Below, piece by piece: positions 50,489-64,000 of a stretch of DNA of 64,000 nucleotides. Position 1 is the first letter of the stretch; each line of letters opens with the position of its first letter. Source of the DNA: Octopus bimaculoides (Eukaryota). The stretch lies in the NCBI RefSeq assembly GCF_001194135.2, contig NC_068985.1, forward strand, positions 47,296,346 through 47,360,345, written 5' to 3'. The position numbers and the translations under genes are program-made. Under the pieces are notes generated by a model, which had not been told where the DNA came from, ran no database searches, and saw only the letters and a program-made list of their open reading frames with translations.

Positions 50489-52659
50489 CACAAAAGGGAA
50501 AAATAAGAAGTAAAAGAAGCACCTTTTCTGCTTGATTTCAGTTATGCCATTTCTAAAAATATGTTTATTAATGTAGAAGTGGGTGGTGGCTATTAATTGT
50601 TGGCCTAGTGGTGCCATTGTTAGATGTTGATAGATATCCCTTCCTAAGAACTGGGTGTATAGCAGTCATAGAAAACGAGAGACGAGAAGAAATAGAGGAA
50701 AGAGCGAAAGAGACAGGCAGGCATGCAGCGAGCGGGATAGAAAGACATGAATATTATTAATATATAAATAGATTCAGAAGTTCTAAGGAAAAGAATTAAC
50801 AATAGATATTAAGAGGAGTCTAAAATTTGAAACTTGTTTGTTCGTTTCGTTGTTATAGTATTGGTCGAAATGGTTAACAAAGTCAACACAGGATTGAAAT
50901 ATGAGACAGAAATTGCAGAATGTGTTGATGTTTCCTAGCTTCAGTCTTTGAAAATGGTGGCAGATTTGTTATAGAAGCGAGCTACGATGAAAGACTGGTT
51001 AACTTATTTCGTTTAATCATTTCTATTTGTCGTCCTGATAGATATATGGAATGAGTATATGCTGTATTGCGTCGTTGCTATGTTTACAGTATTTCATTAA
51101 GTGTTTTGCAGCAGTATACATGCTATTTGAGGTACTTAACTGCTTCACAGCAAACGATAACCAAAAAGAAAGGACTAACGTGATTCGTTTACACGGATAA
51201 CGAAATAAATACATCATTGCTGTGTTTACAGCATTTAATGGATCTATTTTGTAGTAGTATACATTCTCATGGTAGTGTTCAGTAGTCTCCTAAGTTTGTT
51301 AAAGTTTGTGCTGCACTTAACAAATTTCGTAGCTGTGTAGCTTAAGATTTCAACTGTTCATCTTTTGTAGCTGTTTTCCACAGTGGAGAATGATCTGAAA
51401 ATTGATTTACGAATTTTTTGTGAATTTTAGAATTTACTAGCATACAAATATATCAAGAGTTGCTTCAAAGTCTAAGTCTTCTTAGTGATGAAAGAGAGCA
51501 GATGTTTGCATGTTCCAGGAGCCAGAAGAGATTATATACTAAAAAAATCGCAGATTTCGAATTTTTATGATGATATATTTCTAGGCAACCTGAGGTGGGT
51601 TCTTGTGATAAAAAAGAAATGTCTGCGCGTTCGGGTAGTAAAACAAAATTATATAATTACAGAAGATTGCATAATTTGAAGTTTAAAATTTATTTTTAAA
51701 GAACATTTCAGTAAACAAAAACATGGCAGTCCACGTGAAATCCACGCCGACTTCATTGTGGCAAGATGTTTCAATGATTTCCTCTGGTTTCTCAACTCAG
51801 TCTTCTAAAATTTTTACATTTGTTTTGTGGCCCTGAGAGAGCACCTACGGAAATACCCAACTTCATGTTTTGAGCACAGAATGGCCTTATACGCCTTTTC
51901 AAAAATTCTGCTTCATAATAGTTAGTCTGATTTCCTGACATGAAGAAATGTTTCTAATCGATAGGAGTTGTAGGCAGAGGAGAAACTATCTCTCAATTCT
52001 CTTTCTACTCTGTCTTTAAGCAAATCCACCAGCTAGAGAGGAACGTAACTTAATTACTGCTGAAGATAATTCTAAAGCGTCAGCTCTCTTTCTTTCCAAA
52101 AGTGGCAACCCAAACAGTAACAATGATGACAACAATAGCAATCACATAAAAACGGCAGAATAAACCAAACTCAGCCATCCCTACCACCACTACCGCCGCT
52201 GTTGCTGCCGCCACCACCACCAACATCAACAACAACAACAACGATGAGAAAAACAATACGATATTGTAAACATCAAGAAAAACAGTAGTAGTAACAACTG
52301 CATCATCAAATGATAGGTTACTAGAACCAGAAAATCAGTCCTGTTGTTTACTTGTGTAATGCGAACGTGGCTTCCTTTATCCTGGAACACGACACGAAGC
52401 TGATTCTGAGGCACCGGTATTGCTTAACTAGGCCGGACCTAATCGAGCTTCCGAAAAAGAAAAAGAAAAAGAAAAAGAACTGTTACCTATAAATGCACTA
52501 ACAAGAAAACAGAAGGGTTGATAACCTAACAGCAGCACAAAAGGAGAGGTACTTGAATAGTGTACCACCTGAAATAAGCTTTAACTACTAGGTGAAATTG
52601 TTAGTATGAAAAGATCTCCTCCTCCACAAGATTGTCTGAAATAAAAGTGGAGGTGTAAG

Positions 52660-52980
52660 AATAGAAAAGCAATGAAAATAAACAAAATCTTACAAATGAT
52701 CTCTGAACTAATTTACTCGAACGATGTGGACCTCATAAGGTATGGGATAGAAAACGGGGGTGGGGTAGCTGTTATTATTGAAGAAGTAACAATCTCCAGA
52801 AGGCTCTCTAGCAGAAAGACTAATATCCCCCACAGATTTAACATCAACAACTTCAAAACCAGCATCATAAACGAAAGAAAACCAAGATCGCAAAGGCATA
52901 CATACGCCAAACCAGATTTCATCGCCCCCAACTCTCTGATAAATGAACAAAAGAAAAATGAAGAACTTAGGGAGTGACAA
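52660..52980 (+). mobile_element. Possible LINE APE-endonuclease remnant
   Basis: DLIRYGIENGGGVAVII resembles the APE motif R.DR...GGGVAI.I; PHRFNINNF may be a degenerate GDFN. Confidence 0.35.
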
Positions 52981-53147
52981 GTTATCACTAGAAAGATCAA
53001 GCACAAAGAGTAAAAGCCATAAACTCAAACATAAAATCTTCAAACGTAAGTGAATCAAAAAGAATACCCAAAATTTTCGTCCACCAACAGATGCACTGAT
53101 GCACCAGCAAGAACACCTAATGTAATTTGAAATTCACAACAGTGGCA

Positions 53148-53190
<43 letters not shown>

Positions 53191-53991
53191 GTATTATTTT
53201 ATTGTTTTTATTAATTTCTTTCCTTTTGGGACTCATTTTCTATAATCGCCCCCCCCCCCACGAGTCACGAATTGATGTAATGCATAAGTCAGGTTATCAG
53301 TTACTGCTCGGTACCTTAATAGGAAATGCTACTTTCATTGTACCTTCAGCAATACAATACATCACAAAAAAAGAACATAATTTACAGAAAAAAAAAATCT
53401 TTGTGTCTACGTTGTATTGGAGTCTAAATTTTAAAATACTTTAAAATGTAAAATTCAAAATATTTAAAACTGAAAGCATAAAAAGGTCTAAAAATATTGA
53501 TTATTTTAAAGTGTTTATTTACGTAAAACACGTAAACATAGAGTTGTAGGAATAACATTTAAAAGAAGTCAGAAAATCACGCCAAATATTTGGAGTACTC
53601 TTAATTTACAGTCATGCTTCATTCCTATTTCATTTCAGAGGGGTATGTAATTCAGTACTATTTTTTGATTACTTTGGAGAGACGATTCAACTGGAATCTT
53701 GTTCAGGCGCTTCTAACATCCTTATTACATTTTTTCTAACGTACCTAAATATGTATGATAACTGGGACCATTTAAGGCGTAGCACTTATGTCAGTTTTTA
53801 TCTCTAGAGCTTTATTTTAAATTCTTCAAATGTTGTCATCGATTTCATTTTATCGGTTGTATAAAATTAAAAGTTAAAAGTTGTACATTTGTTAACCTAT
53901 GATATCTGGTTCAATTGGTTCTTTTGTTCTATCAGCACTGGTCATGAGTGTTGCTCATATAATTTAATGAAGCGATTGTTTTGGTAGTATT

Positions 53992-54174
53992 TGCATATCT
54001 TTTATCTTTCACTTGTCTCAGTCATGAGACTGTGGCAATGGAGGGGCATTGCCTTGAAGAATGAATTGCTTCCAGTACTATTTTTAAAAGCCCAGTACTT
54101 ATCCTACAGAACCGCAGGATACGGGGATGTAAACACACCAACACCGGATGTCAAGCGGTGGTGGTGGTCAAACA

Positions 54175-54211
<37 letters not shown>

Positions 54212-54342
54212 GGTCTTCATTATTTTTAAGAGGTCCTGGGCCAACAGCTTTTGGGATTTTACGATACGCCATTAAGCTAAACCCTTTATGGACCGGAAGT
54301 CTAAGGTAATCCCGTAAACCGGTCTTCCCACTTATATATATG

Positions 54343-54382
<40 letters not shown>

Positions 54383-54445
54383 CACACACATGCTGTGGCT
54401 GCTCCAAGGCTATAGTCGAAGACACCATTCTAAGGTGCCACTATT
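53992..54445 (-). mobile_element. SINE group C, degraded, with extra sequence inside its microsatellite
   Basis: ACGGGGATGTAAACACACCAACACCGGATGTCAAGCGGTGGTGG body; AAGGCTATAGTCGAAGACACC…AAGGTGCCAC core. Confidence 0.75.
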
Positions 54446-54864
54446 TATGAACTCTGACTTGATGAATCATATCCTCTTTTGTTCTCTGCACAGGACATCT
54501 TGATACGAGATGGTCTATCATTTCCTTTTATTGGTGCAGAAACTGCAAGTTCGGTTTGCACCATACTTTAAAACACCAATGTCATGGTTTGTAGTAAACA
54601 GAATTAGTATGGATGTGAAGATATTGTTGTTGCTTCTGTCAGTCAAGTAGATATTCGCTCTGGGTTCTGGATGACATCGGTTAGAAATGCAGCGAAATTT
54701 TCGTGTACTTCTGACAAACAATTCAGCCAGAAGTTAAGAATCCGGTCCAGTCCTGTGAGACTTTCTAAGAACACATCCTAGCTCTTCTATTTCTATTGCC
54801 TCCAATTTCTGCTCTTCAACTTAACCCAGTCCCACTTTCTTACACACTTTCTCAGCTTCAGCAT

Positions 54865-54949
<85 letters not shown>

Positions 54950-54952
<3 letters not shown>

Positions 54953-56060
54953 CGCTCCATATCTTCTTTCAGAACGCTTCCATTTCTTCAGTTGCTCCCT
55001 TAATTCTATCTTACTTTCGCCAATTTCGGTATTAAATTTCTTTGCATCCATCTTGAATATCTTGCTTTGTCGATAAAAGGTGATGATTTTTATCATACCA
55101 TCTCCGCCGTTGGGCTTTTAGCAGTATTTGCTGTTTCACTAGTTCCTTGGTTGCAGGGAGGTTTTTTAACATCTTTGATTTTATATTTTGCTAGAACTTT
55201 CTTCTTTTTTTCGCCTTAACAATTACTCCTCTAACAAATTCATCGAGAACTGATACATCCACCCGCATAGATTCGATCACTTTTTGTATTGCTACTTTCT
55301 ATTTAGGCGATCTATTGACATAGTTAGTCTTTTCTGTATCGTCTTGATGCCTATTTAAGAAGAAACAACTTTAGCAGTGGAATAGATGAGGTTATTTAAG
55401 GTTGTTAGGTCATTTCCCTTATTTCTTAAGGTTTAAGAGCAACATTATATATAATGATTATGTTGTTTTTTATGCTGTTTGAGAACTTTGACNNNNNNNN
55501 NNNNNNNNNNNNNNNNNNNNNNNNNNNNNNNNNNNNNNNNNNNNNNNNNNNNNNNNNNNNNNNNNNNNNNNNNNNNNNNNNNNNNNNNNNNNATTATATA
55601 TAATGATTATGTTGTTTTTTATGCTGTTTGAGAACTTTGACAGCGATTTTCTATTGATCAGGTCAGTAAACTCAGTCTTGCTGAGTTCTCTCATAATATC
55701 GTCTTTTGCTTCTATGATCTTTTTATTATTCACCTCAAATTCTGTGTCATATCTACTATGTTGTTCTTGGGGTAGGTCTACTTTCTCCTCTTTTCCCGCA
55801 TATCTGTTCTTCGTTATACTTCCTTCAACTTCCTCATTGAGATGCACTGCTCGTACACAGGGGTTCTGTTACCTTTTTCCTTAATCTCAAAACTTTGCCA
55901 TGTTTCTTCATGTCTTCTGTTACTACTGGGTCTTCTTTATTTACATAGACATTATCTAATATATACGAACATCTTAAAGAACCCAATTATTTTCGGTAGC
56001 CAACACCGACCATACCATGTTCTTGGTTTCCCTATTTTTGATGTCGTATGTCTAGCAATG
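54950..56060 (-). mobile_element. Degraded R4/Dong-type LINE, N-terminal/pre-RT region
   Basis: FYRQSKIFKMDAKKFNTEIG (degenerate FYRQNK.FKTDAKKFYRE.G); KIIEAKDDIMRELSKTEFTDLINRKSLSK. Confidence 0.65.
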
Positions 56061-56149
56061 ATAATTTGAACTGTACATATATGTGTATATACGAAAGTAT
56101 GCGTGTGAGTGCGCGCATATATATGGTGCGTTTCCACTTGCGTGTCTGC

Positions 56150-56939
56150 CTGTGTATCATTATTATCATTGTTATGATTAACATTTTTTCCACTAGGTGG
56201 GTTATTAGTATTGTTGTTAATACTGTTGTCATCAGGGTTGTTATTTTTTTATGTTGCTAGTCTTTCTAGTTATTATTCAAATTGTTATTGCTATTGGGAT
56301 TAATTTTGTTTGTGTTCCTATTGTTTTTGCTGTTATTTCAGGACTTGTTGCTGTTATTTTAATTATTGCTCACGTTGCTATTGGGTATTGTTGGCGTTAG
56401 TACTTCATTTGTTGTTATTAAAGCGGTTGTTGTTGTTAGCTCGTTTATGATGTTACATTTACTATTAGTTTGTTGTCCTTTTTTTTTTTTTGATCATGTT
56501 ATCAAAAATTAGGCTGAAATGCAACAGCAAAAACAGCAGTAATAATAAAAATAGACACACACAACAGTGCATACAAAACAAACTAGTCACAACAGACATA
56601 ATAGCAAAAGAAACTATATTACAAGAAAATGTCACACTAAACAGAATGCACAGAATACCCACAGCCATCACAGGCATAGCAACAACAACAATACAAAGAA
56701 CATAACAAATGTATAGAGACACACAATAAGAACAATACTACCAGCATCACCACAAATTACAAAAACAAAAACTACAAAACATGTAATACACACACACACA
56801 TATATACACACATAAACAAATAAAATTTGCTTCAACACACGAATTCACATCATGAATCTTGCAAGCCAGATTAAAAAACGAAGGATACACACACACACAC
56901 ATATGCATACGTATGTATGTATGTATGTATGTATGTATG

Positions 56940-56973
<34 letters not shown>

Positions 56974-57784
56974 NNNNNNNNNNNNNNNNNNNNNNNNNNN
57001 NNNNNNNNNNNNNNNNNNNNNNNNNNNNNATATATATCGACCCTGTAGAACAGCCAGAACAACGCTAACAACAACATGAAGCACATCAAAACTAAGAAAT
57101 AACAAGAAAATGAGTAAGGCACATACACACGTACATACATATACATACCATATATTTTACATGCACGCACACACAATATATATATATATATATATACATA
57201 TACAGACCCTTTACAACAAGGAAACAAAGATAACAACATGAACAAACGAAACTAGAAAAAAATTAAAAAAGAACAAAAACGAATAAAAAACATGAACATA
57301 TAAGTATGAAAAAGGAGAATTGATTTCCAAATAATCGACCTGTTATTCATTGCTAATTTTTCTCCACGTCTTTTGAAGTAATTTCATTATTTGATTTAGT
57401 GATTTTTTTTTATTGGTCTCTTATGATTTATATTTGTGTTGTATTTGTATTTTATATTATTTTTGTAATATTCTTTTTTGCAATATTTATTTCATTTTTA
57501 AAATTATATTTGTGAGATTGCTATGATGTATTCTTTTGTTTTTTTCTGTTAGATTTTTTTTATTTTTGTTTATTGATTTTCTTGTTAGGAGATTCTTTGG
57601 TAGTTTGCATGCTGCTGGTCGTGGTAATAACAACTAGCTTTGTATTTATTTATTTATTTAATTATTTATTTATTTATTCTATGTCTGCATGTCTGCGTAT
57701 TTTTTTTTTCCTTTCTGTCAGTTTGTATTTTATTTTCGTCCTAATTGTATTCAAACGAAAATAATTTCTGCGCTGCGCCCAAAC

Positions 57785-57863
<79 letters not shown>

Positions 57864-57876
57864 TTAATAATAAAAC

Positions 57877-57924
<48 letters not shown>

Positions 57925-58486
57925 TAATAATAATAATAATAACAATAAAGACAACAACGACAACAACAATAAAAATAATTATAATAACAATAACAATGAT
58001 AATGATGAGGATGATGATGATGATGATGACGATGATGCTGATGACGACGACGACGACGATAATGATGATGATGATGATGTTTATAATGATGATGTGGAGA
58101 AGGATGGCGAGGATAAATGCAATAACAAAAATAACAATGACAATATTTACTATAAAGTCGGTGCTAGTGATGATGATGTGAAATGATGATGATGGTGTTT
58201 ATGATGTTGATCATCATGACGATGATGATGATGTTAATTTGGACACTCTTTTATCATCATTATTATTATAGACATGATAATAATGACAATTGTTCATATC
58301 TTCCTTATTTTTACTATTTTTCTTCTTATAATTATTATTATTAATCGATGATATTTTTATGTTGAATTTAAAATCTAACATGGACTGATATTTAATCAAT
58401 ATTTTGACGTTTTTTCAGAGTTGTTATTGATTTCTATTAAAATCTTTATAGTCATTTTTTCACATTAATATAAAACGCAGTGACAA

Positions 58487-58571
<85 letters not shown>

Positions 58572-58600
58572 GTAATAATAATAATGATAATAATAATAAT
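56150..58600. repeat. About 2.4-kb degenerate AAC/AAT/GAT triplet region in blocks of alternating strand polarity
   Basis: T-rich blocks (about 56150-56480 and 57340-57750) alternate with A-rich blocks (about 56490-56830, 57040-57310 and 57790-58200); pure (AAT)n at 58490-58600. Confidence 0.85.
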
Positions 58601-59054
58601 GAATGAAGAAATCGAAATTTGTTGTACAGAAAAAATGATATCGTTTCGTTCTGATATTTAAAGTACAAAAATAAAACACAAAGATATAGAATGAAAAGAA
58701 AAAAATATATTAGCTGAAAGAAATATTCTTTGTGGGTTTTAAGTTAATGAGTTAAAGGAAAACAAATTAAGTTTGGTGGTCAAGTTCCGGGTATAAGAGG
58801 GTCACGATATTGAATTCTCACAAAATAAAGCAGGTTTAGAAACAAATAATGCTGGTTGAGAGTTCAAATTTTTTCAATTATGAGAATGTTGTACGTTGCT
58901 GCGTCTGTAAACAACAAAAAATATTAGATGTTTGTCTTGACATATTAGTCGTCACCCAAATATATGGGGTACATTTTTTTACTACAAACAGGTGCGGAGC
59001 TCCGAGTTCAATACGACTGTATGAAACTTGAACAAGTTCTTTCTATTATGGCTG

Positions 59055-59107
<53 letters not shown>

Positions 59108-59409
59108 CCACACACACACACACACACACANNNNNNNNNNNNNNNNNNNNNNNNNNNNNNNNNNNNNNNNNNNNNNNNNNNNNNNNNNNNNNNNNNNNNN
59201 NNNNNNNNNNNNNNNNNNNNNNNNNNNNNNNNNNNNNNNNNNNNNNNNNNNNNNNNNNNNNNNNNNNNNNNNNNNNNNNNNNNNNNNNNNNNNNNNNNNN
59301 NNNNNNNNNNNNNNNNNNNNNNNNNNNNNNNNNNNNNNNNNNNNNNNNNNNNNNNNNNNNNNNNNNNNNNNNNNNNNNNNNNNATATATATATATATATA
59401 TATATATAA

Positions 59410-59785
59410 GCATAGATGTTTCGATCAGGGATTGGTCCATCTGATAGGATTATCCAAATCCATTTTAAGTCGAGTTTTGTAGTACCATGGTCCATTTGAG
59501 TTGGGATTTCTTGTTGAGTGAGTTGTATTCAGCTATAGGTGGCTTGTCTGGTATTTCTTGAAGAAATATGTCTAGATTCCGTTTAAAGTTAATGTAATCC
59601 TTCCACTTTTTGATCTCTTTCGGGACTATGTTAAATAGAGTAGAGCCTGTTGAAGAAAAAAATTGTGTTGCAGTGTATTTATGTGTTGTGATCCTGAATT
59701 AGGTAGGGGATATATATCCTGTATTCCTAGATTTGGATGAATATTGAAGCTAATATTGAGGGCGTGTGGGCAATGCTGGGTGATA
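59410..59785 (-). mobile_element. CR1-group LINE 3' end
   Basis: Reverse complement reads NISFNIHPNLG…FFSSTGSTLFNIVPKEIKKWKDYINFKRNLDIFLQEIPDKPP, homologous to the 24.2 and 34.3 kb copies. Confidence 0.8.
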
Positions 59786-61253
59786 AATATATATATATTG
59801 TAACAATATAATATTTTTTTTATGTATTCTTTTGATGTATTCTTTTTTCGAACTGAGGAGAATAGTAATATGCAATTAATTTAACTATAATTAAATTAAT
59901 TTCTAATTTTTCTACCATGTGTTTTTTATATAATATTACCGTTCAAATTGATCGTATACATGGATTAAATTTTTTTTAAACTTTTAACACCTTTTCTTCT
60001 CCATCCTTAATTTTTTGTTGAGTTTCTATAAGATATGCTTTCTACAAATGCTCATAACACATATTATACTTGTAGCATTTTCATATTCGAAAAATTCTTA
60101 CAAGAGTAAGATACCAATGTAATATTAGAAATCGACCTTTGGAAACCCCACCCAAGTAAGGGAAGAAATCGAATTCAACCTTTTCACATATATATATATA
60201 TACATACATACTTACATACACACACACACACACACACACAGATATATGCATGCAGGCATACCTACATATATGTATATAGTCATATTTATAAATATCTGTC
60301 TTCCATATTATATATGCATAAAAGTATGAGTTCAAAGAATGTGGACTGAGTTCATCCTTTACAAGCATTTGGTATTAGAAATCCTAGCCTATTAAAATAA
60401 GGATTCTAATTTGGACAGATGGAGATGTGATTCTGCACAGGTATAGTTGTTAGCAAGGCTATAAGATTTACAACAGAGATTCCATTCAATTCGCTTAGGT
60501 GATATTACATTGGTTTAGGACGAGAATATGAATCTCCTTCTATGGAGTGATTCTATCAGTGAAATCTTATAGTTGGGTGGATATTTACTCTAGATATATG
60601 CCATTATTTGATTCTTGAGTGTATACTAAAGCCATGTAGATGTTTTTCTTTTGAAATGTATGCTTATGTGTAAAACCCGAGTCTCATTTGCCTTATTTTA
60701 GATATTGGATCTCGGTAGAAAACTGTTTTCTAAGCATGCGTTTAGTCATTAAATTTCCTTAAGTGTATTCATTACGAATAGTATATGGTGTATCTGGTGT
60801 ATATTATGTTTTTATATTTTGGTATTATTCCGTTTTGTATAAGGCAGAATTACGAAAAGGAATCGATGCGTGGTGGGAATCGATGTCCATACCACCTGTT
60901 TTTTTTAATAAATGACACGCACACACAGACAAAGATATATATGTGCAACAAGTACCTATATATATATATATATNNNNNNNNNNNNNNNNNNNNNNNNNNN
61001 NNNNNNNNNNNNNNNNNNNNNNNNNNNNNNNNNNNNNNNNNNNNNNNNNNNNNNNNNNNNNNNNNNNNNNNNNNNNNNNNNNNNNNNNNNNNNNNNNNNN
61101 NNNNNNNNNNNNNNNNNNNNNNNNNNNNNNNNNNNNNNNNNNNNNNNNNNNNNNNNNNNNNNNNNNNNNNNNNNNNNNNNNNNNNNNNNNNNNNNNNNNN
61201 NNNNNNNNNNNNNNNNNNNNNNNNNNNNNNNNNNNNNNNNNNNNNNNNNNNNN

Positions 61254-61288
<35 letters not shown>

Positions 61289-62281
61289 GTATGTATATAT
61301 AGTTGGGCCGGTGGCTGCTTATACGAACAGTTGGTGAGATGCCTTCACCAACAGGTGGAGAGTGGTTCTTACTGCTGCTAACATAACGTCGAGAAGGTAA
61401 CAGAATCGGTGTAACTAGACATTTCTGAGACTGCTTCCTTCTGAGGCCTTTCCACTTGAAATATAAAGGTTTCGTAAAGCTTTCTGCATTGTCAGAAGCT
61501 ACTCTACATTTGTGTGTAAACTTGAAGTTATGTATCTTCATGTGAAAAGATGTAACATATTCATTATATATAAATAATTGCAGACTGAAACCAGTTGATG
61601 TCCTGAAATTGTCGCCCATTGTGCTGCTACTTGTAAATAAACCACCGTACCAAAAACCAGTCATCGTTTATATAACACTAAAATAAGTAATAAAACAAAA
61701 GTTAGTTATATCAAGTTTGACTTAATTTGAGCGAAAACTGTAGATTCATGTAGTTAGTTGCTATTTGATTGAGTTGCAATTCAATGGCCTCTTTTAATAC
61801 TGCGTATTTGAATACTGAATAATAATCCGATAAGAATTCATTAACTGCAAAAACCAGATGACGATAACTTATCTATTTAGTTGAAAGCAGTATTATTTTA
61901 TTGTTCTGTTTTGTTTCTACATAAACGTTAAAAGTTCAGTTGTCAAACTGCCTGATTTATGCAGATTTATACGGATAATATAGATGCTGAAGTGAGAACA
62001 ATGCATATATATATAAATAATATATGTTTGCAGGTTAAAATGACGTGTTTATTCAAATGTCACATTTTATGCCATTATAGGAAAAAGAATAACAAGGTAA
62101 CTGCTGTATAGAAAAAAGATAAGCTAACAGGAATGAAACATCGGAACTGTGATGAATTCCGGTTAGAAGTAAGTTATTTCACAGATATGGATGAAGGTAT
62201 AAATGTCAAATCATTTCCTAAACCATGGAAACATGAAGTTATATGAGGTCTGAATAAAAAATATCCTTTCTGTTCTTACCA

Positions 62282-62314
<33 letters not shown>

Positions 62315-62547
62315 ATTGCAACGTGATATACATATATACATACATATGTGTNNNNNNNNNNNNNNNNNNNNNNNNNNNNNNNNNNNNNNNNNNNNNNNNN
62401 NNNNNNNNNNNNNNNNNNNNNNNNNNNNNNNNNNNNNNNNNNNNNNNNNNNNNNNNNNNNNNNNNNNNNNNNNNNNNNNNNNNNNNNNNNNNNNNNNNNN
62501 NNNNNNNNNNNNNNNNNNNNNNNNNNNNNNNNNNNNNNNNNNNNNNN

Positions 62548-62601
<54 letters not shown>

Positions 62602-62829
62602 CTCATGTAATCATATGTAAATATGTGTATGTATATATGTGCATGTATATGGATATGTATACATATACGTATATATACAAGTATATATGTATGCATATAT
62701 ATATACATATGTGTGTGTGTGTGTGTGCGCGTGTGTGTGTATACACAATTTTTTACTAGCTGTACAATTTGCAAGAAAATTATATGGTTTCATGCGAATA
62801 TCTTGAATTAGGTGATTTATCTCGATCTA

Positions 62830-62990
62830 TTTATGAGTAACAGCGCGAGGATTATTCGGCTCAGGGTCCCCAGATCGTGAGGTCGATTTCGTGCGCAGCG
62901 AGGTGTCTTTCGACACTAGCCCACTCAACGGGCAAACATGTGTAATACCTGAGTATGAAGGAGGCTAGCATTGTAACATTCTGTGTCAAG
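62830..62990 (+). mobile_element. Highly degraded tRNA-SINE head (group B-like)
   Basis: CAGATCGTGAGGTCGATTTCGTGCGCAGCG…GTGTCTTTCGACAC loosely follows the group B head. Confidence 0.35.
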
Positions 62991-63052
62991 TCCATTCTAC
63001 GTTAATCTACGCTTGTCTGTGTATTTCACGCACCCATACACACACACATACA

Positions 63053-63088
<36 letters not shown>

Positions 63089-63844
63089 TATATATACATG
63101 TATATANNNNNNNNNNNNNNNNNNNNNNNNNNNNNNNNNNNNNNNNNNNNNNNNNNNNNNNNNNNNNNNNNNNNNNNNNNNNNNNNNNNNNNNNNNNNNN
63201 NNNNNNNNNNNNNNNNNNNNNNNNNNNNNNNNNNNNNNNNNNNNNNNNNNNNNNNNNNNNNNNNNNNNNNNNNNNNNNNNNNNNNNNNNNNNNNNNNNNN
63301 NNNNNNNNNNNNNNNNNNNNNNNNNNNNNNNNNNNNNNNNNNNNNNNNNNNNNNNNNNNNNNNNNNNNNNNNNNNNNNNNNNNNNNNNNNNNNNNNNNNN
63401 NNNNNNNNNNNNNNNNNNNNATGTATACAAGCATACATATATCAATAATATTAATACGCTAAATTTTTGGTTTTGTACTTACCTGTTGTGTACGTGACAC
63501 TTACTTCAAAGAAGTGGCAAAGCAAGAGAGAGGGAGAGAGAGAGAGAAAGTAAGAGAGTGAAAGAGAAAGAGAGAGAGAGTGAGAGAGAAAGAGAGAGAG
63601 TGAAAGAAACAGTGAGCGGTGACGGCGTTCGTTTCGTGTTTTTAAATGTTTATGAGATCGCAAGAGAAGTAGATACATTGATACATATACACATTATTAA
63701 ATCAAAAGCGCGAGAGAAGAGGGACACAAAGGAAGGGAAAGAAAAAGAGAAAAATGAGAGATACAGTAGATAAATAAATCTAAAGAAAAGTTCATGCTTA
63801 GATACATACACACAGCAAATATTGAATGTCAATTTCACTTTTCA

Positions 63845-63983
63845 TTACCACACGAGGATATAATTAACTCACAAATGGCTAAGTACTCCACAGACATGCG
63901 TAACATTAACGTAGTTCTCAGGGAGATGCAGCCTCACACAGAATATGACAAGGTTGGCCTCTTCGAATTACAACTACAACTCG
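63845..63983 (-). mobile_element. SINE group B long-tail fragment
   Basis: TTAACGTAGTTCTCAGGGAGATGCAGCCTCACACAGAATATGACAAGGTTGGCCTCTTCGAATTACA aligns with 25375-25440. Confidence 0.75.
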
Positions 63984-64000
63984 AGATATATATATATATG

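Noticed and set aside
55444-55641. Exact 49-bp direct repeat resembling a long TSD
   Set aside because: It sits on both sides of a 100-N gap; assembly overlap artefact.
59900-60780. Possible upstream continuation of the CR1 element at 59.4-59.8 kb
   Set aside because: Only vague similarity (GVSKG…, SLHRRRF) in broken frames.
61300-61664. About 120-codon non-repetitive minus ORF (GFSLQLFIYNEYVTSFHMKIHNF…)
   Set aside because: No motif, no convincing acceptor/donor pair, and the length is near chance expectation. The reported 279 aa is inflated by Ns.

Overview
AT-rich animal genomic DNA from a gapped draft scaffold. Most N runs sit inside (TA)n/(CA)n microsatellites. The SINE repertoire and microsatellite load point to an octopus/coleoid genome; this is inferred from recalled repeat families and was not verified. 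I find no confidently identifiable host protein-coding gene, rRNA, intact tRNA or CRISPR array, and almost all long ORFs in the track come from microsatellites or N gaps. The window is dominated by: (1) about 25 copies of three tRNA-derived SINE groups, labelled A, B and C here; (2) many R4/Dong-type (RLE) LINE fragments, two ending in (TAA)n; (3) three CR1-group LINE 3' ends; (4) remnants of mariner, Penelope, RTE and APE-type elements; (5) a probable solo LTR carrying a 104-bp tandem array; (6) a MITE-like element with long TIRs. The most striking structure is at 31975-32583: a fold-back palindrome of a short non-coding element that combines a tRNA-like Pol III head with a minimal, Penelope-type hammerhead ribozyme motif in each arm. 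Three minus-strand exon-like ORFs at 1.15-7.6 kb are weak candidates for an unidentified gene. Coordinates of degraded repeats are approximate (about 10-30 bp).
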